A stretch of 40,296 nucleotides of DNA from Anaerolineales bacterium (GCA_023144145.1 JAGLGG010000102.1:1-40296); one strand, 5' to 3'; counted from the stretch's first letter, positions 1 to 8,537 are shown. Numbers and translations are program-made. The notes: generated by a model from the sequence alone, not told the origin.

Positions 1-389
1 GCCAAATGCTCCCGGATGCGCTCATCGATCCCCTCATAGCGGCCACAAATGAGCGCAATTCGCTCATGCTGAGAAAATTCTCGGGCAATGGCCTGATCAA
101 ATTTTCGACCTTGAGGTGTTAATAACACAATTGGAAGGCTGCTCAAATCAGGCCCTAACACAGTCTCAACTGCTGCGAATATGGGTTCCGGCTTCATCAC
201 CATTCCCCCACCTCCACCATAGGGCTCGTCATCCGTTGTGCGGTGGCGATCGGTGGTGAAATCGCGAATGTTGTGCAAGCTAACCCTGACCACGCCAGAT
301 TTCTGTGCGCGACCCAATATACTCGTCTGGAGGTATTCTTCCATCACTTCAGGAAGGATTGTAAATACGTCAAATTGCATGTTTTTCAT
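1..389 (-). CDS. trmD: tRNA (guanine37-N1)-methyltransferase TrmD, N-terminal ~129 codons; the 3' part runs off the window
   Basis: My own translation of the minus strand from the ATG at 389-387 gives MKNMQFDVFTILPEVMEEYLQTSILGRAQKSGVVRVSLHNIRDFTTDRHRTTDDEPYGGGGGMVMKPEPIF...LICGRYEGIDERI. It carries the TrmD-type DDxPYGGGxGMV and GRYEGIDER motifs. It is absent from the ORF track because it is open at the window edge. Confidence 0.85.
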   Translation of the reverse strand, partial: MKNMQFDVFTILPEVMEEYLQTSILGRAQKSGVVRVSLHNIRDFTTDRHRTTDDEPYGGGGGMVMKPEPIFAAVETVLGPDLSSLPIVLLTPQGRKFDQAIAREFSQHERIALICGRYEGIDERIREHL

Positions 390-420
390 TCCAAGAATTC
401 GCTAATAAACGATATTATCC

Positions 421-459
421 CATGACTCCACTGAAAAAAGGTCAATCGCAAGAAGAGGA
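421..459 (-). repeat. 39-bp repeat, left copy (CATGACTCCACTGAAAAAAGGTCAATCGCAAGAAGAGGA); promoter-like module 31 nt upstream of the trmD start
   Basis: Its reverse complement TCCTCTTCTTGCGATTGACCTTTTTTCAGTGGAGTCATG matches 40108-40146 at 34 of 39 positions. It contains a TTGACC -35-like hexamer. TGGGATAAT (an extended -10-like TGnGATAAT) follows immediately downstream toward trmD. Confidence 0.6.
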
Positions 460-461
460 TC

Positions 462-475
462 GGTATATGTGGGGG
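462..475 (+). repeat. GGTATATGTGGGGG core motif, left copy
   Basis: The same plus-strand motif (GGTTATATGTGGGGG) recurs at 40093-40107, with TATATGTGGGGG identical in both. It is a direct repeat, although the adjacent 39-mer is inverted. Confidence 0.55.
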
Positions 476-558
476 TAGCGGTCGAAACGAATTTCGAACG
501 ACACGAGGGATTCCAAGGGTTGAAATTGTTGCGGAAGCTGGGAGCCCTCGTATTTGTT

Positions 559-624
559 ACCCTCCCGGAGGTCTACTTGCGCGAATTTGATCGGTGAAAG
601 TATTTGGCAGACCTCCGGGAGGGT
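559..624. other. Long perfect stem-loop: 16-bp stem (559-574 / 609-624, ACCCTCCCGGAGGTCT / AGACCTCCGGGAGGGT) with a 34-nt loop
   Basis: Read directly from the sequence. There is no U-tract on either strand, so it is not a canonical intrinsic terminator. Confidence 0.7.
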
Positions 625-701
625 TAAACTGACAATGCTTCGCCCGGGGCTGTCTAAAAGGGTATTAGATGTTCCATGGTTCTAACCAAAACAGAGCGTA
701 T

Positions 702-721
702 GGGCAACTGGCCAGTTGCCC
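702..721. other. Perfect 20-bp palindrome GGGCAACTGGCCAGTTGCCC; possible terminator hairpin of the LysM gene on the minus strand
   Basis: Perfect dyad read from the sequence. On the minus strand it lies about 100 nt after the stop at 821 and is followed about 10 nt later by CTGTTTTGG. Confidence 0.4.
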
Positions 722-820
722 GTACACCTGATGATTATGAGAAGCGTCTTAACAATGCGATCTCACCGAAGCTATGGCCAATGAGAGACTGCCTTTTAGG
801 GCAACCCCAGACGATAACCC

Positions 821-1858
821 CTACTCTTCTGGAACGGTAGGCAACGCTTCAGCAAGGACCTCAACAGAGGAAATCGGTGGTCCAAGGCTGTACACCTCAA
901 TTTCAAAATCAATCACTTCACCAGGTTCGACTCGACCAACATGTTCCCATTTACGAAATCCAACCACCTGCCCGGTGTCACCGAAAGCGGTCACAAGAAA
1001 GCTCACTTTCTCTGTCCCAATTTCGTTCTCAGGATGGATCGAAGCAGTTCCAGCGATCTTCCAAATTACTCCATTCTGCCCACTGACTTGGGATTCCCAA
1101 TCAAGGCTCATACCCATATACCGCCCTTCAACACTTTGTGCGGGGAAAGACGTATTTGTGATCGCAATGGCAAGTTCAGCGTTGTCGATCTCATCGGAAA
1201 ACTGTACCCCGAAGGGCATCACCGAGCCAGGAGGCAATAAGTTCAATGGAGCGAAAGCAGGTTGCGCACCGATTTGTTCACCTTGATCATTGAAGCGTGT
1301 GATGATTACGCTTAATCCTTCCAACCATACTTCAGCGCTGTTGACTACGTGGGTAATACACCAGAGGTTTTCTGTGATTGTGGTGTAGCAATTGACTTGA
1401 GCAATCTCGAGCGGAATGGGAGTTGCGGTTGGAATTAGCCCTCCAGGGACATCACCTTCCAGGCTTGGAATAAGAATCTCTTGATCGATGCTCAAGATTC
1501 TGGGGTTAATGTCAGGATTTGCAGCCAAAACCTCTTCCAAGGTCACCCCATACCGGATTGCAATTCCGAGAAGCGTATCATCTTTCTGAACAATATGAAC
1601 AAATGGTGTTGGCGAAGGACCTGGAGATGGGATGACTGTAAAGATTGGCACGGCCATTTCTCTTGTTGGTGTGGCACTGGACCGCTGTAATGGCAAGAGT
1701 GTGGCTGTGGGAGACGGAGGTGGAGTCGTCGGCGTTGGAGAGCAGCCAAAAAGCGAGAGGAGGATTAGGATCTTCAAGCACAATGATAGTTTGTTCATCG
1801 GAGCGAGGCGCATTATACCAGAGCCTATTTTGAGAAACATCATCGCAGTAATTATCAT
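821..1858 (-). CDS. Exported or lipoprotein LysM-domain protein with Pro/Thr linker and two beta-rich C-terminal regions
   Basis: LysM signature VHIVQKDDTLLGIAIRYGVTLEEVLAANPDINPRILSIDQEILIP. Lipobox-like signal MNKLSLCLKILILLSLFGCS, so the true start may be the internal Met at about 1798 or 1813 rather than 1858. Confidence 0.7.
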   Translation of the reverse strand: MIITAMMFLKIGSGIMRLAPMNKLSLCLKILILLSLFGCSPTPTTPPPSPTATLLPLQRSSATPTREMAVPIFTVIPSPGPSPTPFVHIVQKDDTLLGIAIRYGVTLEEVLAANPDINPRILSIDQEILIPSLEGDVPGGLIPTATPIPLEIAQVNCYTTITENLWCITHVVNSAEVWLEGLSVIITRFNDQGEQIGAQPAFAPLNLLPPGSVMPFGVQFSDEIDNAELAIAITNTSFPAQSVEGRYMGMSLDWESQVSGQNGVIWKIAGTASIHPENEIGTEKVSFLVTAFGDTGQVVGFRKWEHVGRVEPGEVIDFEIEVYSLGPPISSVEVLAEALPTVPEE

Positions 1859-2003
1859 AGAGGATCCAAAATCGGGTCAAACCTATTCCCTCAAATGGCG
1901 TTACCCTTGAGGAGAGTCTATACTTATGCCGGTCATAATCAAGTACTTTGCACCAACGCGAAATAATACCTTGGAGTGATCCTTGGAATCCTCTTCCGAC
2001 ACC

Positions 2004-3695
2004 ATGCTCACAGAAGCCATAGCAGCAATCAGGTCTGGCGACAATACGCATGCACGTGAACTTTTAACGAGGTTACTCCGAATCGATTCTGCCAATCAAG
2101 AGTATTGGTTGTGGTTGAGCACTGTAGTGGAGTCAGAGCGAGAGCGAATTTACTGTCTGCAATCGGTTCTGAAACAAGACCCCACGAATCGCGCGGCGCT
2201 GAGGGGTTTGGCCATCCTGGGAGCGAAACAGCCATCTGATATTGAGCTGACCGGTATCTTAAAAATTCCACATCGGAAGATCGAGCCTCCCACAAGAACA
2301 TCACCCATAAACATACCGGGTGGAAAGTGGATCATCCTTGCCGCACCGATTGCTGCCCTCGTTGTGATGGTATTATTTGTCAGCTTTTTATTCCGACCTA
2401 GATCGACCTCAGTTGCCCCCACGCTCCCGCCTCCAAGCCCCACGTTGAGTCCGACTCCAATAGCAACTGCAACACACACTCCTGTGCCCATAGAAAGCGT
2501 TTTAATTAGAACTCCGATCCCCACTGAACTTTCAGGAACGCCTTTAGCAATATTTGCAGGTGTGTCACCGACGCAAACCCCCTATTGGGGCGTCACTCCT
2601 AATCATAACTATGAAGCCTATACATCTTCAGTTGCCGCATTAATGCGTGGAGAGTATCAGAAGAGTATTGACTACATGGAGCAAGTAATAAGGACCGATG
2701 ACAAGCTCTCCGATGCATATTTCATAAGAGCTGAGGCATATCGTAATCTTGGATTGCTGGATGAGGCGGAACAGGAATACCAACTTGCGCTGCAGTACAA
2801 TCCCTCCCTCGCAGCGGCCCATTTGGGGCTTGCCAGGATACAAATGATCCGCAACCCCAATGTACTTTCGGAGGAGTTTGATCTAGCGATACTCCATGAT
2901 CCCAATCTCTTGCCAGCCTATTTAGAGAAAGCTGAATTCCTGGTCAGTCAAGCGCAATGGGAAGCACTCGAGGAGCTCAGTAGATCAGGTTTGAGAGCCG
3001 GAGTCAGATCTCCACTGCTGCAATTACATGAAGGGCGAGCGCGCTACTATCTCGGAAGATATGAAGAAGCTCTTGACAGCATTCTCCTGGCAACCTCTAG
3101 CGATGAGAGCATTCTAGATGCATATTATTTACAAGGGGTGACATTGATTGCCTTGGCACGCGAAGAGCAATCCATCTCGCCCCTCGAAACATATAACGCT
3201 TATGCCATTGGAGATATCCACGGGTGGAACGCGATCGGAGTTGCTTACAATAACATTGATAATTTCGTGGAGGCTGAAACCGCTTTCAGCTATGTCCTAA
3301 TTCTTGACGAAATGAATTTTGTGGCATTGTACAACCGTGGTCTGCTTTTCATGGATCTGAAGCGGCATGAAGAAGCTATAGCAGATTTTGAGAAAGCTAA
3401 AGAGGTCAACCCCCAGTCGGATGCCCTGGAATTTGCTCGAGCACAGGGTTATTTCGCCTTGGGAGAGGATCAAGTTGCGCTTGAAGCGCTTGAGGTCATT
3501 TTCGAACGCTCTCTTGATCCTAACCTGGTCGCGGATGCATACGCTCTTCAAGCGCTCTATTACGTAAATCAAACACCGCCATATATCTCTGAGGCAATAT
3601 CCAATTGGGAAATAATCATCCAGTTAGAAAATGTCTCCGAAGAACGTAAAGACCAAGCTCAGAATCAATTATTCATGTTTGTCAATTTCCCCTGA
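2004..3695 (+). CDS. Membrane-anchored TPR-repeat protein
   Basis: The ORF is open from the TTG at 1983; I prefer the ATG at 2004 (MLTEAIAAIRSGD). It has an N-terminal TPR, one TM helix (WIILAAPIAALVVMVLFVSFLF) and a Pro/Thr/Ser linker. Multiple TPR-like repeats follow (AYFIRAEAYRNLGLLDEAEQEYQLALQYNP...). Confidence 0.7.
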   Translation: MLTEAIAAIRSGDNTHARELLTRLLRIDSANQEYWLWLSTVVESERERIYCLQSVLKQDPTNRAALRGLAILGAKQPSDIELTGILKIPHRKIEPPTRTSPINIPGGKWIILAAPIAALVVMVLFVSFLFRPRSTSVAPTLPPPSPTLSPTPIATATHTPVPIESVLIRTPIPTELSGTPLAIFAGVSPTQTPYWGVTPNHNYEAYTSSVAALMRGEYQKSIDYMEQVIRTDDKLSDAYFIRAEAYRNLGLLDEAEQEYQLALQYNPSLAAAHLGLARIQMIRNPNVLSEEFDLAILHDPNLLPAYLEKAEFLVSQAQWEALEELSRSGLRAGVRSPLLQLHEGRARYYLGRYEEALDSILLATSSDESILDAYYLQGVTLIALAREEQSISPLETYNAYAIGDIHGWNAIGVAYNNIDNFVEAETAFSYVLILDEMNFVALYNRGLLFMDLKRHEEAIADFEKAKEVNPQSDALEFARAQGYFALGEDQVALEALEVIFERSLDPNLVADAYALQALYYVNQTPPYISEAISNWEIIIQLENVSEERKDQAQNQLFMFVNFP

Positions 3696-3875
3696 CCCTT
3701 TCATTTGAGGTGCTGGCATCCCATTTTGACATGAGCTCCAATTTCGTCGAATTACGCTCTTTAAATCTAATTTCTGATCGAAATCTCGCAATAGATTGGC
3801 AATTCCTGATCCTTTCTTTCAGCGTGGTGCATGTCCATGCATTAAATCGTATTGGACATCGAATTGCTCCCCCCC

Positions 3876-3904
3876 TAGACAGTCAGCTTTCCCTAGGATA
3901 GAAT
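3876..3904 (+). promoter_or_regulatory. Putative sigma70-type promoter of rpsT (TAGACA - 17 nt - TAGAAT)
   Basis: The hexamers and 17-nt spacing were read from the sequence. They lie about 33 nt upstream of the rpsT TTG start. Confidence 0.4.
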
Positions 3905-3936
3905 CTTGGATCGAAGGAATACGTACGGAGGAAATC

Positions 3937-4221
3937 TTGGCAAACAAACAATCGGCAAAGAAACGAATCCGCCAAAATGAAAAGCGGAGAATGCGCAATC
4001 GTACAGTGGTTACGCGCACAAGAACTTATCTTAAACGTGCACGGATGGTGATGGATGAAGGTGATGCTGTTGCTTCTCAAGAAGCGGTTAAGGTCGCGGT
4101 GAGCGAGCTTGATCGTGCAGTTTCAAAGGGAGTATTGCATGCGAAGAACGGCGCCCGTCGAAAAAGCCGCCTTCTGGCCCGTTTGAATTCAATGGGAATG
4201 GAAATCGAACCATCCGAGTGA
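3937..4221 (+). CDS. rpsT: 30S ribosomal protein S20
   Basis: (M)ANKQSAKKRIRQNEKRRMRNRTVVTRTRTYLKRA... is the canonical S20 N-terminus. The TTG start at 3937 is preceded by GGAGGA at 3927-3932. The upstream part of the 141-aa track ORF is not S20-like. Confidence 0.9.
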   Translation: MANKQSAKKRIRQNEKRRMRNRTVVTRTRTYLKRARMVMDEGDAVASQEAVKVAVSELDRAVSKGVLHAKNGARRKSRLLARLNSMGMEIEPSE

Positions 4222-4242
4222 GGCCACTAGTTCTGATATCTA

Positions 4243-4273
4243 AAGGACGCACCGGAGGGTGCGTCCTTATTTT
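4243..4273 (+). terminator. Rho-independent terminator after rpsT
   Basis: AAGGACGCACC-GGAG-GGTGCGTCCTT is an 11-bp stem with a tetraloop, followed by ATTTTG. Confidence 0.8.
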
Positions 4274-4302
4274 GTTCAATTAGGCTTGGGGAAGGGGAAA
4301 CC

Positions 4303-6069
4303 ATGTTCGAGGATGAACTAAATGCAGCATCAGGATTTATCCTTGCCGAATTTGACGCGCAAAATCTTCTCACACCAGAGCAGATTGATTGGGTGCCCAT
4401 CCCATTTTCCGGAACGTGGGGTTTCGGCACCGCGATCTCCTTTCAAGCTGCTGCAACAGAAGCGCAAGAAAATAAGGACATAAAAGTACCCTATCGTGCT
4501 GAAGAGATAGCCAACGGCATTGTTAAAAAGCTGGAAAACATCCCGGGATTCAGCCAAATCGATGCGGCACGTGGCTATATCAACCTTTTTATTGACCCCT
4601 CCAATTACGCCTTGCGAGTAGTTGACACTGTTTTAGGAGAGAGTGAAAACTTTGGAAAAGGAACTCCAAAAGCCAATCGTGTTATGGTCGAGTACTCACA
4701 ACCCAATACGCATAAGGCATTTCACGTTGGGCACCTACGCAATGTAATTCTAGGAGGTGCCATGGCGAATATCCTGGAATTTGCCGGTTACGATACTGTA
4801 AGGGCGAATTATATTGGGGATATTGGTTGGCATGTCGTGAAATGGATGTGGTGTTACAGACGTTTTCATTCAGGCGAACAACCAGTAGGAGATCGAACCC
4901 GTTGGATGCAAAAAATTTATTCCGAAGCCAGCCAATTGGTGGAGGGGAATGTTGAATATGAGGCCGAGGCGAGAGACTTATTCATGAATTGGGAAGCACG
5001 TGATCCGGAACTCGTGGGGCTCTGGGAAAAAACTCGGCAATGGAGCATTGAAGGTTTTCAGGATATATACAAGGAGCTCGGTGAACACTTTGATGTGATT
5101 TTCTACGAAAGTGAGGTCGAAGACACGGGCAAGGAGTTTGTTGATGATCTCATCACACGCGGTATTGCCATTGATGAGAGGGACAGTGGTGGTCCAGTAA
5201 TCGTTAAACTTGACGAGTTGTTGGGGATTGAAGGTGAACAATACCGTGTATTGGTTATCCTGCGCAGTGACGGTACTTCACTCTATGCGACCAAGGATAT
5301 CGCTCTAGCGATTAAGAAATTTGAAGAATGGAACATAGACCGATCAATATACGTAATCGATGTCCGCCAGTCATTGTATCTTAGGCAGATTTTTAAAACC
5401 CTGGAAATTATGGACTTCAAGCAAGCAGAAGATTGCTATCACCTCTCCTATGAAATTGTTAATCTTCCTGGTAACGTAACTATGTCTTCAAGAGATGGCA
5501 CCATCGTGATGTTTGATGAGTTGCTGCAGGAGGCTTTTGAACGGACCGGAGCGATTGTCGAGGAAAAGAATCCCGAGCTCAGTGCTGAAGAGAAGCGAGC
5601 GGTCTCAAAAGCAGTAGCAATAGGCGCTTTGAAATACCCCATGTTGGCAATCGACACCAATAAGGTTTCTACATTTGATTGGGATCAAGCGCTGGATTTT
5701 GAGGGGCATGCCTCCCCTTATATCCAATATGCGCACGTGCGTGCGAGCAGCATCCTGGCAAAAGTATCCGAGTTCCCGAGTATCGTTGAGGCAATTCATA
5801 GTCTTGAGGACGCTGAAGTCTCGCTACTGGATCGAATTTCTCGGTTTCCGGACGTGATCCAGCGATCGGCTGATGATTACAAACCACTACGTATAGCAAA
5901 TTACGCTTACGATCTGGCGCGTGACTTCACAGATTTTTACCAAAATTGCCCTGTTCTTCAAGCTGAAGCACAAACACGCGATTTCCGCCTGAGACTGACC
6001 GCTGCAGCTCGGCAAGTGATTGCCAATTCCCTTCGGGTACTCGGCATTTCAGCACCCTCGGTTATGTAA
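4303..6069 (+). CDS. argS: Arginine--tRNA ligase
   Basis: 588 aa with the class I HIGH motif (AFHVGHLRN) and an ArgRS-type MSSRDG in place of KMSKS. The C-terminal anticodon-binding region ends ...LGISAPSVM. RBS GGGGAAGGGGA lies upstream. Confidence 0.9.
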   Translation: MFEDELNAASGFILAEFDAQNLLTPEQIDWVPIPFSGTWGFGTAISFQAAATEAQENKDIKVPYRAEEIANGIVKKLENIPGFSQIDAARGYINLFIDPSNYALRVVDTVLGESENFGKGTPKANRVMVEYSQPNTHKAFHVGHLRNVILGGAMANILEFAGYDTVRANYIGDIGWHVVKWMWCYRRFHSGEQPVGDRTRWMQKIYSEASQLVEGNVEYEAEARDLFMNWEARDPELVGLWEKTRQWSIEGFQDIYKELGEHFDVIFYESEVEDTGKEFVDDLITRGIAIDERDSGGPVIVKLDELLGIEGEQYRVLVILRSDGTSLYATKDIALAIKKFEEWNIDRSIYVIDVRQSLYLRQIFKTLEIMDFKQAEDCYHLSYEIVNLPGNVTMSSRDGTIVMFDELLQEAFERTGAIVEEKNPELSAEEKRAVSKAVAIGALKYPMLAIDTNKVSTFDWDQALDFEGHASPYIQYAHVRASSILAKVSEFPSIVEAIHSLEDAEVSLLDRISRFPDVIQRSADDYKPLRIANYAYDLARDFTDFYQNCPVLQAEAQTRDFRLRLTAAARQVIANSLRVLGISAPSVM

Positions 6070-6151
6070 AACCTAATATTAGACGCATCAAGAATTGCGC
6101 GATTCATAATCGTTGACGCATAAGGTTTATCAATCAGGTAGAGGGATAGGA

Positions 6152-7480
6152 ATGAAGCGCAAGCAACGGAAGGAACCTTTTGCAAAGCTTCAGTGGCATT
6201 CACGGAACGAAGATTTAGTCCAAGCTTCGGTTGAATATACTCCGACCACACTCGTGAACCCAAGCAAACTACCTGCGAAGAAATCTGACCGAAGCAAACT
6301 ATTGCTCGGGGATAACCTCGCCGTCATGGCTGCTCTTCAGGATGAGCTAAAGGGGCAGTTTCACCTCATTTACATGGATCCACCCTTTCTATCAGGCAAA
6401 CGGTACCCAGCCCGCATCGGGAGGAATGAAGATTCGCGTCGCCCTGAAGATTGGGAAACAATCGAGGGGTATCAAGATACGTGGAAGGACGGGGCAGCAT
6501 ATTTAGACATGCTTTACCCGCGATTACTTCAAGCACATCAACTTCTATCACATAATGGGACCTTTTATCTCCATCTCGACTGGCATGCATGCGCCTATGC
6601 TCGTGTCCTCCTTGATGAAATTTTTGGTGCTGACAGGCTGATCAATGAAATTATTTGGGTATACCATGGGCCATCCCCAATTAAGACCGCTTTCAAGCGA
6701 AAACATGACACTATCCTGGTTTATTCAAAATCCGCTGAATACACTTTCAATGCCGATGCAGTTCGGATCCCTTACAACCCATCCACCATCAAAACTTTCG
6801 AATCCTCAGCCAAAGCTGGATTTGGCAAGATGCCCGACCTCGAGCGCGGCAAAGTTCCGGAAGATTGGTGGTATTTTCCTGTAGTTGCGCGGCTTCACAG
6901 CGAGAGAACTGGATACCCAACTCAAAAACCTGAAGCTCTGCTCGAGCGAATCATCCTGGCCTCGAGTAATCCTGGGGAACTCGTTGGTGATTTCTTCTGT
7001 GGATCGGGGACAAGCCTCATCGTCGCCAATCGCCTGGGTAGGCGCTGGGTTGGGTGCGATGCCTCACCACTCGCCACATCGACAACGTATCGGCGCTTTC
7101 TGCTAAAGGAAACAGAGCCGAGTTTCGAATATTACCAGGCAAAGGAACGTGCTTCTGATTGTTCCGAAAAAATGGAAATTGATGTGATGATAGAAGAAAT
7201 GACGGTTGAAGTCTCTTTCCAGGGCATTGTAGATGATGCAGAAAAACTATTCCCCGGGTGCATAATTTATTGGGAGGTTGATTGGAATTTTAATGGTCAG
7301 ATCTTTGCAAGCAAATCACAAATTGTGCGCGGTTGGAAAGACGAGGAAATTGATCTCCAAATACGGCACGCTTACCCAAACCAAGGAAAGTACCAGATCG
7401 CGGCTAGGTGCACAGATCATCATGGGAAAGTAAGAGAATCTATCATCAGTATCGATATCCCCTCTCCACGCCCGCAATAA
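6152..7480 (+). CDS. Beta-class N6-adenine/N4-cytosine DNA methyltransferase with a ~110-aa beta-rich C-terminal extension; no adjacent restriction enzyme
   Basis: Catalytic motif IV IYMDPPFLSGKRY precedes the AdoMet motif I DFFCGSGTS, which is the beta-class order. The ATG at 6152 with an upstream GAGGGATAGG is preferred over the TTG at 6113. Confidence 0.8.
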   Translation: MKRKQRKEPFAKLQWHSRNEDLVQASVEYTPTTLVNPSKLPAKKSDRSKLLLGDNLAVMAALQDELKGQFHLIYMDPPFLSGKRYPARIGRNEDSRRPEDWETIEGYQDTWKDGAAYLDMLYPRLLQAHQLLSHNGTFYLHLDWHACAYARVLLDEIFGADRLINEIIWVYHGPSPIKTAFKRKHDTILVYSKSAEYTFNADAVRIPYNPSTIKTFESSAKAGFGKMPDLERGKVPEDWWYFPVVARLHSERTGYPTQKPEALLERIILASSNPGELVGDFFCGSGTSLIVANRLGRRWVGCDASPLATSTTYRRFLLKETEPSFEYYQAKERASDCSEKMEIDVMIEEMTVEVSFQGIVDDAEKLFPGCIIYWEVDWNFNGQIFASKSQIVRGWKDEEIDLQIRHAYPNQGKYQIAARCTDHHGKVRESIISIDIPSPRPQ

Positions 7481-7632
7481 AGCGCTAATTCCCGTATCCC
7501 TGGCAGAAGAATTCCCAGACTATCCTGTCGCGACCCCCACAAATATTCATCGACTCACTTCGAGGGTTGTTTTTCAGTACGCTCGCTGTTAAAAAATATA
7601 CTTAGAAAACTTAAACTCCCATCTTTTCCAAG

Positions 7633-7661
7633 AAAAAAAACGCCAGGTTGACGACCTGACG
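7633..7661 (-). terminator. Rho-independent terminator after the OmpR-family regulator
   Basis: Minus strand reads CGTCAGGT-CGTCA-ACCTGGCG (8-bp stem with one G-U) followed by TTTTTTTT. Confidence 0.75.
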
Positions 7662-7692
7662 ATATGAATAATAATCAGAAATTTTGGATTGT

Positions 7693-8358
7693 CTAATCAG
7701 GTAAATCGAAACGGTATCCCATCCCACGAATTGTCTTCAAGAAAATTGGATGATTTGGATCTGGTTCAATTGCCCGGCGTAACCACGACATATGTACATC
7801 GAGCGTACGTGTATCACCAGTGTAATCCGTAAACCAAACTTCACGTATGAGTGCTTTGCGCGTCAATAATCTGCCTGGGTTGAGTATGAACATTTCAAGC
7901 AACTTTGCTTCTTTTGGTGTGAGGCGCGCTTCTACTCCGTAGGAAAAAACTTTACGCTGTGCTAGGTTCAAGCGGATTGGACCGATCTCAACAACATAAC
8001 TCTCATCACCAGGAAGCAGCCGTGCGATCCGATTTAACAGCTTACGTGGAGTAAAGGGATGAACAAGCGTCATGCTGGCTCCGTTCCCAGGATCAGGACG
8101 AGAGCCTTGAGGTGAAACCAAAATAATTGGAAGGCCATCCAATCGTGCTCTGACTGCACGGCTCATGCGTGTACCGCTTGTTCTCATCGAGGCTGCGTCT
8201 AGGACGACAATATCGGGGGGACTTTTTGATGCTGCACGAAGCGCTTTATCCAGCTTATGAAAAATATCGACCGAATACCCCTTCTTCTCGAGAGCAGGCG
8301 CAAAAGACGGCACACTCGTTCTACTACTCTCAATTAAGATGATGTTGGCGATCGCCAT
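7693..8358 (-). CDS. OmpR/PhoB-family response regulator with an atypical receiver domain
   Basis: C-terminal winged helix (LTPKEAKLLEMF..., TIRGMGYRF). The receiver has ILIESS where canonical receivers have DD, and VHPFTPRKLL where they have KPF. The Asp in VVLDAASM is retained. Confidence 0.8.
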   Translation of the reverse strand: MAIANIILIESSRTSVPSFAPALEKKGYSVDIFHKLDKALRAASKSPPDIVVLDAASMRTSGTRMSRAVRARLDGLPIILVSPQGSRPDPGNGASMTLVHPFTPRKLLNRIARLLPGDESYVVEIGPIRLNLAQRKVFSYGVEARLTPKEAKLLEMFILNPGRLLTRKALIREVWFTDYTGDTRTLDVHMSWLRRAIEPDPNHPIFLKTIRGMGYRFDLPD

Positions 8359-8373
8359 TAATGGGGCCCCAGC

Positions 8374-8410
8374 GGATAAAAACTGGCAGCGTCTTTTTTC
8401 CCGCTGCCGC
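8374..8410 (-). terminator. Terminator-like hairpin plus U-run, between the SIS gene and the response-regulator start; possibly a leader/attenuator element
   Basis: Minus strand reads GGCAGCG-GGAAAAAAGA-CGCTGCC followed by AGTTTTTAT. It ends only about 15 nt before the regulator ATG at 8358. Confidence 0.45.
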
Positions 8411-8417
8411 TCAAAGT

Positions 8418-8445
8418 ATTATATCAAAATTTAAGGTTGTAGCAA
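8418..8445 (-). promoter_or_regulatory. Putative promoter (TTGCTA - 16 nt - TATAAT) for the response regulator, overlapped by the dyad at 8431-8482
   Basis: Hexamers read on the minus strand. The dyad is TTAAGGTTGTAGCAA...TTGCT-AACA-ACAACCTTAA. Confidence 0.35.
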
Positions 8446-8537
8446 AGATTGGGCTCTTAAACATTGCTAACAACAACCTTAAATAATTCGGCATACTGCT
8501 AATCCGTAGAATCAGGACACGGACAACCCAGAAGATA

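Noticed and set aside
460-820. tmRNA, RNase P RNA, SRP RNA or 6S RNA in the structured trmD-upstream region. The GGGGGTAGCGGTCGAAAC start looked superficially tmRNA-like.
   Set aside because: There is no tRNA-like 3' end (T-arm plus CCA-proximal acceptor complement). There is no GAGGAAAGTCC-type RNase P motif and no GGAAGCAGCC SRP helix-8 motif on either strand. A novel RNA is not excluded; see the findings.
774-1286. 170-aa plus-strand ORF and other long ORFs antisense to confident genes (877-1086, 941-1240, 12965-13321, 15185-15622, 18740-19222, 21523-21882, 8821-9120).
   Set aside because: Each lies entirely inside a gene with clear family motifs on the opposite strand. Their products are low-complexity (Ser/Pro/Arg-rich) with no recognisable motifs or RBS. 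They are typical shadow ORFs.
3796-3936. N-terminal 47 codons of the 141-aa track ORF containing rpsT.
   Set aside because: S20 homology starts at the TTG at 3937, which has a GGAGGA RBS. A plausible promoter (3876-3904) lies inside the supposed extension.
6152-7480. The methyltransferase as part of a restriction-modification or BREX/DISARM-type defence locus.
   Set aside because: The neighbours are argS on one side and a convergent response regulator on the other. No nuclease, specificity, helicase or phosphatase genes are within reach.
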